DNA of 64,000 bases from Dehalococcoidia bacterium (GCA_965262725.1 OZ253555.1:3360001-3424000); one strand, 5' to 3'. Counted from the first letter of the stretch, positions 30,823-41,076 are shown. A program made the numbers and translations. The notes: generated by a model from the sequence alone, not told the origin.

Positions 30823-33225
30823 TCAGCGGGCGCGAATGGCCGTGACTTCACGGAAGGGCCGGGCCGACGGCATGGGAATGCCGTCGAGCGTCCACGGTGC
30901 CCGCTGGTAGCGGACCGTGCCGAGGGTCGGGTGATTCATCTCGGCGAAGAGAGCCAGAGCCTTGATCTGGGGGTGGTGGTAGAGCTGTTGATAGTCGTTC
31001 GCGAGTACGCAGTTGCCGCCGTACTTCATGAAGATGTCGGAGACTTGCTCTGCCGTGAATCTGCTGAAGGCCTCCTCCCAGATCGGTTTGGCCAGCATCG
31101 GAATCTCGCCCGTGTCGACCGCACCGTTGCTGCCCCAGCCGAGCAGATACTCGGGAGGATGCTGGAAGAGCGGGTCTCTCAGGTAGCTGTCCATCCCCAA
31201 TTCCTTCATCAGGAGGGGCAGGTCCTCTGCCCGCGAAATCGGATTCACCAGGATCGGCTGATCCTTGGTCTTGTAGGGATGGTCCGGTGGCTTGAGGTAG
31301 CCGAAGAGATATCCGTTCCACTCGTCCGGATCGACGAGGCTCGTCCACTGGACCGCCCGCTGGTGGAGGAGTGCACCGAGTTCGCTGATCGCAATCCGCT
31401 GGCCGACTCCCGTTCGCCACTGGTCGTAGAGCGCCCCGAGGATCGCCTGGCAGGCGTAGAGGGACGTTCCCGCCGTCGCCATGTCCGCCCCGATTCGGAC
31501 CGGCTCTTCCCCGGGCTTCCCGAGGTGGCCCGTAAAGTCGCTCATCGCCTGGAAAATGAGCTCTGAACCGGGCTGATCGCGAAGCGGTCCCTCCTCCCCG
31601 AAGGGCGAGATGCTGCAGGTGATGATCGCGGGGTTGATCTGCTCCAGCGAGGCCTGATCCAGTCCCCATTGCCCGAGCCGGTCCTGCCCCTCCTCCTCGA
31701 TGAAGACATCGACATCGCGCAGCAGCGCTCTGAGCTCGTCCCGATCAGCCGGCTGCTCCAGGTCGATGCGCAGCCCCTCCTTGTTCCGATTGAGGTGGAA
31801 GAAAGTAGCGCCAACGTCGCCAAGCCTTGGTTCCCACCCACGCGTGTAGTCGCCCTCCGGCGGCTCGACCTTGATCACCCGTGCGCCGCACTCGGCGAGC
31901 ATCAGTGACGCGAAGGGCCCCGAGATTCCCTGAGTCATGTCGAGCACCGTGACCCCGTCGAGAACGCCGGTCGCCATCGACCGGCGTGGACCGTGGTAGG
32001 CAGGGGAGGTCTCGTCGTTTTCGCTCAACCATCCGTGCCTCAGGATGTGGTCCGTATTCGCGCCGGGCAGGGTCCCTGCCGTGGTCGCGATCGGGGTCTT
32101 TGAGTACTGAAACGGCAAACTTCCGAACGGCAACAGCGGCAGCGGCGGGAACTGCCCGATGACGGGGTACGCGAGCACCTCTGCGGTCTCATCGTCTCTG
32201 GGGTACTGGAGCCAGACGAAGAGCCCGCTCGCCCGCACCTGAGGCTCGTCCATGACCTGGGTGTAGTCGAGGAAGAGGCTGACCGGGACCTTGGCCTTGC
32301 GCAGCTGGATCTCCCACCATTTGGCCGTCTGGGTGGCGAAAATCCGGCCCAGCGCGTCGTCCACGAGTTCGCGGTTGTGCACCCGACCACGGTTCGTCCT
32401 CAGCTCATCATTCTGCCCCAGATCCTCGGCACCGATTGCGCGCCAGAGGCGCCACCACTGGTCATCCCTGACCACGCCGACCGCGAGCCAGCGGCCGTCG
32501 CGGCAGCGGTAGGCCCGGTTGGGCACGGTCGTTGCCGTCCCACTACCCATCCGTGCCGGCACGTCGCCCGTGGCCAGAAACTCCGCCAGGCGGCTCAACT
32601 GGATGTTCACGGAGGCCCCGATCTGGTGGGAGAGCAGGCTCAGGCCACCGCCGGTCCGTTCGCGTGCGAGCAGCCCCAGCAGCAACGACACGGCGATGTG
32701 CAGGCTGGCGTTGAAGTCCCACAGCGCCGGCCAGCGGAGGATCTCCGGCTCACCGCCTCGCCGACCATTGATCGCCACGGAACCGCTGAAGACCTGCGTG
32801 ATACTGTCGGCGCTGCGTCGCTGAACATAGGGACCCTCGCGTCCCCATCCTGGGAAATTGCCGTAGACGAGCCGCGGGTTGCGTTCCAACAACCGATCAC
32901 GGCCGAGGCCAAGGCGCTGGACCGTACCCCAAGTCATGTTCTCGGCGAAAATGTCGGCTTCACCGAGCAGACGGTAGGCCGCCTCCAACCCCTCTGGTTC
33001 CTTGAGGTCAAGGTAGAGGCTCCGCTTGTTCAGATGGACCGTCATGTAGAGAGTCGAGAGGCCGCGGATGTTGGGCGGCGAGCCCTGGTAGGCCGGGGGC
33101 CACCAAGGACCCTGCTCCACCGCCACGACCTCGGCACCCATGTTCGCGAGAATGCCCGTGGCAAAGGGGCCGACACCCACGATCGTGAGGTCGAATACCT
33201 TGACACCGCTCAGTGGTCCGGGCAC
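30823..33225 (-). CDS. Tandem (fused) family III CoA-transferase
   Basis: Two CaiB domains: GPLSGVKVFDLT..LNKRSLYLDLK and VLDGVTVLDMTQGISGP..LNRNKEGLRIDL. Confidence 0.92.
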   Translation of the reverse strand: MPGPLSGVKVFDLTIVGVGPFATGILANMGAEVVAVEQGPWWPPAYQGSPPNIRGLSTLYMTVHLNKRSLYLDLKEPEGLEAAYRLLGEADIFAENMTWGTVQRLGLGRDRLLERNPRLVYGNFPGWGREGPYVQRRSADSITQVFSGSVAINGRRGGEPEILRWPALWDFNASLHIAVSLLLGLLARERTGGGLSLLSHQIGASVNIQLSRLAEFLATGDVPARMGSGTATTVPNRAYRCRDGRWLAVGVVRDDQWWRLWRAIGAEDLGQNDELRTNRGRVHNRELVDDALGRIFATQTAKWWEIQLRKAKVPVSLFLDYTQVMDEPQVRASGLFVWLQYPRDDETAEVLAYPVIGQFPPLPLLPFGSLPFQYSKTPIATTAGTLPGANTDHILRHGWLSENDETSPAYHGPRRSMATGVLDGVTVLDMTQGISGPFASLMLAECGARVIKVEPPEGDYTRGWEPRLGDVGATFFHLNRNKEGLRIDLEQPADRDELRALLRDVDVFIEEEGQDRLGQWGLDQASLEQINPAIITCSISPFGEEGPLRDQPGSELIFQAMSDFTGHLGKPGEEPVRIGADMATAGTSLYACQAILGALYDQWRTGVGQRIAISELGALLHQRAVQWTSLVDPDEWNGYLFGYLKPPDHPYKTKDQPILVNPISRAEDLPLLMKELGMDSYLRDPLFQHPPEYLLGWGSNGAVDTGEIPMLAKPIWEEAFSRFTAEQVSDIFMKYGGNCVLANDYQQLYHHPQIKALALFAEMNHPTLGTVRYQRAPWTLDGIPMPSARPFREVTAIRAR

Positions 33226-33321
33226 GGCTTTTCTCCGTTCGCGCCTGGCCCGGCGGCCAGGCGGCGCTATTGGCGCCGGGCGGCGACGCGGTAGCGAGAT
33301 CTCAAATCTGCGCCACCCTCC

Positions 33322-34506
33322 TCAGTCGAGCGCCTTCAGCAGCATCGAGCAGTTCTGGACGCCCGCCCCGTTCGAGACGACTGCGATCCTGGCATCAGGA
33401 ACCTGCCTGACGCCGGCTCGCCCCATCAGTTGATCGGCCGCCTCGGCCGCGAACCCCATGCCGTGGACCCGCCCCTCTGACAGCATCCCGCCGTGCGGAT
33501 TGAGCACGGGGCCGGGGCCACTGCTGCCGAGCTGCAGGGCGTCCCCGACGAGGAAGTCCTTCGCCTCCCCGACATTGACGAAGCCAAGCGCCTCGAGCCA
33601 GTTGACGGTCAGGATCGTGAAGCCGTCATAGAGACAGGCGACCTGCACGTCCTCGGGCCTGATGCCGGTTCCTTCGGCCAGCTCCCACATCTCCCGGCTG
33701 CAATAGGTGGCGCCCATGTTGCTCATGTCATCCCAGAGCATCGTCTCGGTGCGCGGCCCCGTCTTCTGAGAGCCGGCGATGATCGAGACGGGTCGGTTCG
33801 GCAGGTGCCGAGCCCGATCAGGGGTGGTGATCACGACCGCCGCGTATCCATCGACCGGGTAGTCGCAGTCGAAGAGACAAAATGGCTTGGAGATCCAGCG
33901 AGAATTGAGGTAGTCGTCCATTGTCAGGGGCGATCGCGCGAGCGCTCGCTCATTATCGCCGGCGTGCTTGCGGGCGGTGACGGCGATATGGCCGAAGGTC
34001 TCGCGGGGCGCACCGTACTTCCACATGTAGCGGCTCATCCAGTGCACGAACGAGAAGCCGGTCCCCCCGAAAGGTGCCGACCACTGGCCCTCCCCGCCGA
34101 TCCGCGGTGGGCGAGGCATCCCGGCAAAGGGGTCTCGGCGCGAACCGTTACCTCTGGGCTTCATGCTGCCCATCACCACCACGGTGTACTTGGACGCGCC
34201 GTACTCCACGGCCATCGCGGCCTCGATCATGCTAAAGGTCGCCGTCACCTGGGGTAGGCCCATCTGCCCGTACCAGCTGACGTTTGAGAGACCCAGGGAC
34301 TCGCGTAACTGATAGCCGTTGAGCAGACCCATCTCGTTCGTAGCAAGCCCGTCGACATCCGCAGCCGTCAGACCGGCGTCCCTGATCGCCGCAACACACG
34401 CATCGGTTGCGAGCGTGGTGGCGGTCTTGCCGGAGTCGCGGGAAATGATGCTTCTTCCCACACCGACGATACAGGCGTTCTTTTGGTCGCCAAGGTTCAG
34501 TTTCAT
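33322..34506 (-). CDS. Thiolase-superfamily protein (SCP2/Ltp2-like)
   Basis: ACIVGVG, FDCDYPVDG, LYDGFT, NPHGGMLSEG; no canonical N-terminal catalytic Cys visible. Confidence 0.88.
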   Translation of the reverse strand: MKLNLGDQKNACIVGVGRSIISRDSGKTATTLATDACVAAIRDAGLTAADVDGLATNEMGLLNGYQLRESLGLSNVSWYGQMGLPQVTATFSMIEAAMAVEYGASKYTVVVMGSMKPRGNGSRRDPFAGMPRPPRIGGEGQWSAPFGGTGFSFVHWMSRYMWKYGAPRETFGHIAVTARKHAGDNERALARSPLTMDDYLNSRWISKPFCLFDCDYPVDGYAAVVITTPDRARHLPNRPVSIIAGSQKTGPRTETMLWDDMSNMGATYCSREMWELAEGTGIRPEDVQVACLYDGFTILTVNWLEALGFVNVGEAKDFLVGDALQLGSSGPGPVLNPHGGMLSEGRVHGMGFAAEAADQLMGRAGVRQVPDARIAVVSNGAGVQNCSMLLKALD

Positions 34507-34513
34507 CTGAGGG

Positions 34514-34951
34514 CTACTCCTCGTCTCTGGTCATCGGCCGGAATAGAGGGAGCGACGCCTCCAGCTCGCCATCCGCGGTCATGATGTCGCGGAACGCCAC
34601 CTCGACACGCAGGCCGATCACCAGCTGATCTTCAGGGCAGTCGACGATGTTGGTCATGACCCGCAACCCGGGCTGTTCGTCGAGTTCGACGAGCGAGACG
34701 TTGTAGGGCGGCTGGAACCCCGGCGCCGTCGGCATGTTTACGATCGTCACGGTGTAGACCGTCCCCTTGCCACTGACCTGAACGCTGCCAACCTTGGTCG
34801 ACCAGCACTCCGGACAACGCGACTTGGGCAGATGGATGTAGAAGCCACAATCATCGCAACGCTTGAAGATCAGTTCGTGTCGCTTACAGCCCTCCCAGAA
34901 ATCGCGGCTATCATCGTCCGGGATCGGGATCGGCCCCTCGTATTGACTCAC
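34514..34951 (-). CDS. DUF35 Zn-ribbon/OB-fold protein (ChsH2-like)
   Basis: FWEG, CDDC..CPEC, GKGTVYT, VELDEQPGLR motifs. Confidence 0.92.
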   Translation of the reverse strand: MSQYEGPIPIPDDDSRDFWEGCKRHELIFKRCDDCGFYIHLPKSRCPECWSTKVGSVQVSGKGTVYTVTIVNMPTAPGFQPPYNVSLVELDEQPGLRVMTNIVDCPEDQLVIGLRVEVAFRDIMTADGELEASLPLFRPMTRDEE

Positions 34952-35028
34952 TGCCCCCCCTCCCCTTGAGCTGCTCGGCCGGTCGGCGATCGAAACCGAG
35001 CGACCCGCAGTGCCTGCCCAGCGACCCA

Positions 35029-36123
35029 CTAATCGAAGGTGATCACCGACCGACCGACGATCTGCCGGTCCTGAAGCAGTTGATGCATCTTGGGTGTGTC
35101 TTCAATCGGGAATCTCTCGGAGATGACGGCCTGAAGTCGCCCCGCTTCCATCAGCCTGAAGGAGCGCAGCGTGTCGGCGTACATGCCGCCGGTACAGCCG
35201 GTGAGGACGGCCTCCCGCCAGAACAGCCACGGTACCGGGAAGCGCGCGTATTCGTTGTTGATTTGGCCGACGAAGACGTAGCGGCCGTAGTAGGCCAGAG
35301 CGCGGAAGCCGCCAGCATTGAAGGTCGATCCGCCGACCGTGTCGATCACGTAGTCGGCCCCATGTCCGTCGGTCAACTCCATCACCTGGTCGTGTAAGGG
35401 CCCGTCCGAGCTGCAGACGACTTCATCAGCGCCGTATTGCTTGAGGATCGGGATCTTGGATTCGGTCGTCGTTGACGCGATCACGCGACCGCCCGTGAGC
35501 GCTGCCAGTTGGAGCGCGTGGATCCCCAGCCCTCCGCCGGCACCCAGCACCAAGATGTTGTCGTGGGACGTCGGCTCCTTGCCCTCGAGGTAGATCCCGC
35601 GCAACGGCGTACCGATCGCACAGCGGACGATCGAGGCCTCCGCGAAGCCAACGGTGTCCGGTATGCGCATCACCGCGCGCTCTGGAGCGAGACACAGCTC
35701 GGCGTACCCCTCGGTGACAGTGGGAACCGTGTCGGTGCACCTCACCGCAAGCCCGGTCTGACAGTTGTCGCAGACACCGCAGTGGGAGCCGCCGCTGGGT
35801 GCCACGCGATCCCCAACCCGGTGTCTCGTCACGCCCGGCCCGACAGCACGCACGATGCCTGCCACTTCGTGCCCGAGGATCAGGCAGCGCCTCCGCACCC
35901 AGTTGCCATTCTCCCTGATCTCGTGCTCGCGCGCGTTGGCGAGGCCGATCGCGGCGCCACCCCTCGTCATTGTGCCGTCGCGCTCCACCAGGTCGTGCCC
36001 ATCGATCGCTGAGGCCTTCACCTCGATCAGGACCTCCCCCGGACCAGGCGGCGGCGGATCCTCTATCTCCACGACCGTGAGGTTCTCGGGCGGGCCGAGT
36101 TCAAACAGCACACATGCCTTCAT
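35029..36123 (-). CDS. Zn-dependent medium-chain dehydrogenase/reductase
   Basis: GHEVAG; structural Zn site CGVCDNC..C; GAGGGLG. Confidence 0.9.
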   Translation of the reverse strand: MKACVLFELGPPENLTVVEIEDPPPPGPGEVLIEVKASAIDGHDLVERDGTMTRGGAAIGLANAREHEIRENGNWVRRRCLILGHEVAGIVRAVGPGVTRHRVGDRVAPSGGSHCGVCDNCQTGLAVRCTDTVPTVTEGYAELCLAPERAVMRIPDTVGFAEASIVRCAIGTPLRGIYLEGKEPTSHDNILVLGAGGGLGIHALQLAALTGGRVIASTTTESKIPILKQYGADEVVCSSDGPLHDQVMELTDGHGADYVIDTVGGSTFNAGGFRALAYYGRYVFVGQINNEYARFPVPWLFWREAVLTGCTGGMYADTLRSFRLMEAGRLQAVISERFPIEDTPKMHQLLQDRQIVGRSVITFD

Positions 36124-36177
36124 AGCTCCCTCTCCCTGTGACAGCGGCCCCTCGACCAGACCAGCGGGGTCGCCAGA

Positions 36178-37152
36178 TCAGTATAGATAGCAGGCGACCC
36201 AGTGCCCCGGCTCAAGCTCCTGAAAGATGGGGCGTGTTCCCGAACAGACCGGCATCGCGACCGGACAGCGGGGATGAAAGCGGCAACCGCTGGGTGGATT
36301 GAACGGACTCGGTACCTCGCCCTTGACGATTACACGCTCCTTCTTCGTGTCGGGATCATAAGGCAGCGCGCTTGAGAGCAACGCCTGCGTGTAGGGGTGG
36401 AGGGGGTTTGAGTAGACCAACTCTGCCGGGCCCATCTCGATGATCTGCCCGAGATACATCACCGCGATCGTCTCGCACATGTAGCGAACGACCCCGAGAT
36501 CGTGGGCGATCATGAACAGGGTCAGATTGTAGCGCTGCTGAAGATCCTTGAGCAGGTTCATAATCTGAGCGCGGATCGAGACGTCCAGCGCCGAGACGGG
36601 CTCGTCGAGCACGAGGAACTTCGGCTCGCACGAGAGCGCCCTGGCGATCGCGATGCGCTGGCGCTGCCCGCCACTAAACTGATGAGGGAAGCGGTAGAGG
36701 AAGTTGCGATTCAGTCCAACCTGCTCCAGCAGATCGGCGGCGAGCTCTTTGGCTCGATCCTTGGTGAGATTCCGGTTGATGATCGCTGGCTCGCTGATGA
36801 TCTCCCAGACCGGCATGCGCGGGTTCAGGGATGAGTAGGGATCTTGAAAAACGGGCTGGACCGCCTTCCGGTAGTCGCGGAGCCCATCCCGATCGAGACG
36901 ACTGATGTCCTGTCCCTCGAACTCGATGACGCCCTCAGTGAGCGTCTCGATCAGCAGCAGCAGCCTCGAGAGCGTCGTCTTGCCGCAGCCCGACTCGCCA
37001 ACGAGGCCGAACGTGTCGCCCTGATGGATCGTGAAATCGGTACCATCCACCGCCTGAACGTAGCCGACCACCTTCCGCCGCACGACACCCCTCGTGACCG
37101 GGAAGTACTTCTTGAGCCCCCGCACCGCAAGCAGCGGTGGCACCTCGTTCAT
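36178..37152 (-). CDS. Peptide/nickel-type ABC transporter ATPase (OppF/DppF-like)
   Basis: GESGCGKT, FSGGQRQR, LDEPVSALD and GCRFHPRC motifs. Confidence 0.95.
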   Translation of the reverse strand: MNEVPPLLAVRGLKKYFPVTRGVVRRKVVGYVQAVDGTDFTIHQGDTFGLVGESGCGKTTLSRLLLLIETLTEGVIEFEGQDISRLDRDGLRDYRKAVQPVFQDPYSSLNPRMPVWEIISEPAIINRNLTKDRAKELAADLLEQVGLNRNFLYRFPHQFSGGQRQRIAIARALSCEPKFLVLDEPVSALDVSIRAQIMNLLKDLQQRYNLTLFMIAHDLGVVRYMCETIAVMYLGQIIEMGPAELVYSNPLHPYTQALLSSALPYDPDTKKERVIVKGEVPSPFNPPSGCRFHPRCPVAMPVCSGTRPIFQELEPGHWVACYLY

Positions 37153-37315
37153 GAGCTACCACCCTCCCGCCCGACCGTGAAATCGGTACCACCCACCGCC
37201 CCAACGGGGCCGATAACCTTCCGGCGCGCGACAGCCGTCGTCACCGGGAGGCACGTCTTGAGCCCCCGCACCGCAAGCAGCGGTGACGCCCCTCTCATGA
37301 GCTACCACCCTCCCG
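37030..37315. repeat. Diverged ~140-bp tandem duplication of the ATPase gene start
   Basis: 37177-37315 resembles 37030-37169 (GTGAAATCGGTACC..CTTGAGCCCCCGCACCGCAAGCAGCGGTG..TCATGAGCTACCACCCTCCCG). Confidence 0.85.
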
Positions 37316-38300
37316 GGAAGAGACAGGCCGCGTGGTGACCGGAGCTGACCGGGGCAAACTCCGGATAGGCCTCGCTGCACTCCGGCTGCGCCTTGGGACA
37401 CCTCGGGGCGAAGCGACAGCCGGGCGGCATCTCGCGGGGGTCGGGCGGCTGGCCGTCGATGCTCTCCAGGCGCTCGACGCCCTCAAGCCTCGGCAAGCAG
37501 CGCAGCAGCGAGATCGTGTACGGATGCGCCGGGTTGCGGAAGACCTCCCTGGTCGTGCCCGACTCAACGATCCGCCCCGCGTACATCACGCCCACCCGCT
37601 CGCACATCCGGGCGACAATCCCCATATCGTGCGTGATGAAGATCAGGGCAACCCCTGTCTGCTGCTGGACCTCCTTGAGGAGCTCGAGGTACTGGGCCTG
37701 AATCGTCACATCAAGGGCGGTTGTCGGCTCATCGCAGATCAGCACCTTGGGCGTGGTGGAGATGCCGATGGCGCCCGCGATGCGCTGGCGCATGCCGCCG
37801 CTGAACTGGTCAGGATAGTCTCGAACGCGTCGCTCTGCGGCGGGGATGTTGACGAGCCGGAGCAATCGAAGCACGCGCGCGAATAGCGACTTCCCGCGCA
37901 CACCCTCGTGAATCCTCATCGCCTCACCGACCTGATAGCCGATCGTGAAGGTCGGATTCAGGGCGGTCATCGGGTCCTGCATGATCATGGAAATCTTCTT
38001 GCCGCGAATCGCCCGCATCTGGGAGTTGCTGAGCTCGGTCAACTCTTCACCGTCAAGCATTACCGAACCCGAGGAGATCCGGCCGGTCGCCGCGATCAGG
38101 CGCAGGATGCCCATCGCCGTGACTGACTTCCCGCAGCCGGACTCCCCTACAATCCCCAGAGACTCTCCCTCGTCGACGTAGAAGCTCACGCCGTCGACAG
38201 CGCGCGACGGCCCGGTCTTCGTCTTGAACTCCACGTGGAGATCCTTCACCTCCAGGAGATGGGAGGAATCTGAGTTCGGGGACCGCGGCTCTTCTGACAA
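37302..38300 (-). CDS. Peptide/nickel-type ABC transporter ATPase (OppD/DppD-like)
   Basis: GESGCGKS, FSGGMRQR, DEPTTALDVT; TTG start after AGGGAG. Confidence 0.95.
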   Translation of the reverse strand: MSEEPRSPNSDSSHLLEVKDLHVEFKTKTGPSRAVDGVSFYVDEGESLGIVGESGCGKSVTAMGILRLIAATGRISSGSVMLDGEELTELSNSQMRAIRGKKISMIMQDPMTALNPTFTIGYQVGEAMRIHEGVRGKSLFARVLRLLRLVNIPAAERRVRDYPDQFSGGMRQRIAGAIGISTTPKVLICDEPTTALDVTIQAQYLELLKEVQQQTGVALIFITHDMGIVARMCERVGVMYAGRIVESGTTREVFRNPAHPYTISLLRCLPRLEGVERLESIDGQPPDPREMPPGCRFAPRCPKAQPECSEAYPEFAPVSSGHHAACLFPGGW

Positions 38301-38310
38301 TGCGTACTCC

Positions 38311-39198
38311 CTACAGCGTCTGGAGACGTGGATCGAGACGGTCACGCAACCAGTCGCCCAGCGTGTTGGTCGACAGGACGGTCACGAAGATCGCGAACCC
38401 CGGGACGATCGAGAGCCACGGGGCCGATGTCAATTGGGCCCGCCCCTCGGAGACCATGCCCCCCCACGACGGGGCGGGCGGGGGAATACCGACACCGAGG
38501 AAGCTGAGCGCCGCCTCAAAGAGGATGACGGTGCCTACTTGCAGGGTGGTGATTACGAGCACGGTCGGGAGCACGCCCGGCAAGATATGCTTGATCATGA
38601 TCCGCGTGTTCGACGATCCGGCGCAGCGGGCGAGCGTCACGAAGTCCTGCTGCTTCAGTGCCAACACCTCCACCCGCACCTGGCGCGCCGTCGGAGGCCA
38701 GATGAAGAGCGTAATGATCAGGATCACGTTGAGGAAACTGGGGCCAAAGATCACCGCCATCAGGATCGCCAAGAGGAATGCCGGAAACGCGATCAGGATG
38801 TCGACGGTGCTCATGATCATCGAGTCCCAGATGCCCCCGAAGAACCCGGCCACTAACCCCAAACCGACGCCGATCAGCGTCTTGAACACCAGGATCACCG
38901 CAACGACCGAGACCGAGATTCGCGCACCGTAGACCACACGACTCAGCTGGTCCCGCCCGTGGATGTCCGTTCCCAGCGGGAAGCGTGTCGTGCCGCCACC
39001 AAGAACTGGTGGCTCGAGACTGTTCCGTAGCTCCCCGTGCCGTTCGCTGTGCGGGGCGATGAGTGGTGCGAACAGCGCGATCAAGACCAGGCTGACGATG
39101 ACCGCGAGCGAGAGCGCCGGCAGAATCGGTATCGCAAATCGCGAAGGCGCGGCGACCATAATGGCCGGAGCCTTGTCGAACCCGCTGTCCATGGTCAC
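38311..39198 (-). CDS. ABC transporter permease (OppC/DppC-like)
   Basis: PLGTDIHGRD, EAALSFLGVG, PSWG and GDWLRDRLDPR motifs. Confidence 0.95.
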   Translation of the reverse strand: MTMDSGFDKAPAIMVAAPSRFAIPILPALSLAVIVSLVLIALFAPLIAPHSERHGELRNSLEPPVLGGGTTRFPLGTDIHGRDQLSRVVYGARISVSVVAVILVFKTLIGVGLGLVAGFFGGIWDSMIMSTVDILIAFPAFLLAILMAVIFGPSFLNVILIITLFIWPPTARQVRVEVLALKQQDFVTLARCAGSSNTRIMIKHILPGVLPTVLVITTLQVGTVILFEAALSFLGVGIPPPAPSWGGMVSEGRAQLTSAPWLSIVPGFAIFVTVLSTNTLGDWLRDRLDPRLQTL

Positions 39199-39249
39199 GA
39201 ACAGGTCCTCCAGAGTGGTGCGACGTTGCGCATGCTCATCCTCAGACGG

Positions 39250-40164
39250 CTAGTGCTTGATCTTTGGATTGAGGTAGACGTAGAGGATATCGACGAGCAA
39301 GTTCCCGAATATCACCCATGAGCTGAACAGCAAAACGATCGCCTGCACGAGCTGGAAGTCACGGTTATTGACTCCCTCGAGTACCAGCAGCCCGATACCC
39401 GGCCAGAAGAAGACCGTCTCCACGATCACTGACCCACGGATCAAGCCGAGAAAGACGAGCGATGCATAGGTCAGGATTGGCAGCGCGCCATTCTTGAAGG
39501 CGTGCCTCCACAGCACACTCGTCTCACCGACCCCCTTGACGCGAGCGAGCCTGATGTAGTCGTTGCTGAGTACCTCAATCATGCTCGAGCGGGTGATCCG
39601 CATCAGGCCCGCCACCGGGCCCCAGCCGAGCGTGATCGCCGGAAGAATCAGGTGCCGCCACTCCCCCCGGCCACCAGACGGCAGCCAGTTCAGCCAGACG
39701 GCAAAGACGAGGACCAGCATGATCCCTAGCCAGAAGTTCGGTGCCGCCTGCCCCATCACGGCCAGTAGGCGAGCGCCGGCGTCGAGCCCCGAACCCCGGA
39801 ACGCCGCAGAATAGACGCCGACCGTCAGTCCCAGCAGCAGCGTGATCCCGTAGGCCGCAACAGCCAGCTCCAGCGTCGCCGGCAGCCTCGTAGAGACCAA
39901 CTCCGATACCGGGACCTGGTAGCGGAGCGAGATCCCGAAGTCGCCACGAGCGGCTTGCGATACCCAGCGCCAGTACTGCTCCGGGATTGGTCGATCGAGG
40001 AGCAGCAGTCTCCGCATCTCCAAGTACTGCTCACGGGGCGCCTCATCCGAGATCATCATGCGGGCGGGGTCGCCGCTCAGCCTCACCGTGCCGAAGATCA
40101 CGACGGTGATCACGAACATCGCGAAGACGGCATGGATGATCCGGTTGAGGATGAACGGTCCCAT
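39250..40164 (-). CDS. ABC transporter permease (OppB/DppB-like)
   Basis: GDPA, GDFGIS, LPATLEL, DYIRLARVKG and NLLVDILY motifs. Confidence 0.95.
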   Translation of the reverse strand: MGPFILNRIIHAVFAMFVITVVIFGTVRLSGDPARMMISDEAPREQYLEMRRLLLLDRPIPEQYWRWVSQAARGDFGISLRYQVPVSELVSTRLPATLELAVAAYGITLLLGLTVGVYSAAFRGSGLDAGARLLAVMGQAAPNFWLGIMLVLVFAVWLNWLPSGGRGEWRHLILPAITLGWGPVAGLMRITRSSMIEVLSNDYIRLARVKGVGETSVLWRHAFKNGALPILTYASLVFLGLIRGSVIVETVFFWPGIGLLVLEGVNNRDFQLVQAIVLLFSSWVIFGNLLVDILYVYLNPKIKH

Positions 40165-40167
40165 GGC

Positions 40168-41004
40168 TCAGCGCGCCAAGAATGCTCGAACGGCCCGCTC
40201 AAAGCGGACTGGCTGGTCAACAAGGATGCTGTGCCCGGCCCCCGGGACCTCCACCGCGGTGGCGCTCGGCATCACCGTGAGCATCCGCTCCATCGTCTTG
40301 CGGCCGAGGATGTCGCTGTCCTCGCCGCGCAGGATCAGAGTCGGGCAGTTGATCCTGCCGCACGACTCCCAGAGGAACGGGATCTCCCTGCCACCGGCCG
40401 AGCCGGTGATCCAGAGGAGTTCGGGGTCATGCCGCCAGACCAGCTTCTTCGCCCAGTTGAGCCGGAGGCCATAGTCGATCGAACGCTCGATCTGCTTTCG
40501 TGAACTATTGAGGTTCCGCAGTCGGAAGTACTCTCCGGCCTCCTCGCGGCTGCGGAATGCAAGCGGGCGCTCTCCACCGACACCCGCCATCACAGTCTTC
40601 GCACCGCTCCGTTCGATCTCCGGTCCGGAGTCGACCAACACCAAGTGCCTTAGTGAGCCGGGGTGCTCGGCCGCGAAGGGCATCGCATTGCGGCCTCCAA
40701 GGGACGCCCCGACAAGATCGAACCGCCCGAATCGGAGTGCCCGCCCGAACTCAAAGATGTCGGAAGCGAACGCGGTTACTGGATAACCCTCGGAAGCGTG
40801 CTCGCTCTCGCCGTGACCGCGCTGGTCGAGGGCGAAGACACGGAAGTCGCCGCGCACTTGCTCGGCAAAATCATCCCAAACGTGACAGTTTCCCGAGATA
40901 CCGTGCAACAGGAGCAGGACGTCATCGCTCGGCCCACCCCAGTCTAGGTAGTGGAGCCGGAGACCATTGACCCCAACGAAACAGTCCGCTGGTGCGGCGA
41001 CCAT
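40168..41004 (-). CDS. Alpha/beta-fold hydrolase
   Basis: LLHG, DQRGHGES, nucleophile elbow GASLGG, AGH. Confidence 0.9.
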   Translation of the reverse strand: MVAAPADCFVGVNGLRLHYLDWGGPSDDVLLLLHGISGNCHVWDDFAEQVRGDFRVFALDQRGHGESEHASEGYPVTAFASDIFEFGRALRFGRFDLVGASLGGRNAMPFAAEHPGSLRHLVLVDSGPEIERSGAKTVMAGVGGERPLAFRSREEAGEYFRLRNLNSSRKQIERSIDYGLRLNWAKKLVWRHDPELLWITGSAGGREIPFLWESCGRINCPTLILRGEDSDILGRKTMERMLTVMPSATAVEVPGAGHSILVDQPVRFERAVRAFLAR

Positions 41005-41012
41005 CCGGTCTC

Positions 41013-41056
41013 CCCTAGCTCCCTGTCTCTATCTCCCCTAGCTCCCTGTCTCTCTT
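41013..41056. repeat. Short tandem duplication
   Basis: CCCTAGCTCCCTGTCTCT occurs twice, just upstream of the hydrolase start. Confidence 0.7.
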
Positions 41057-41076
41057 CCGAATGGCCGCGCCCGCAG

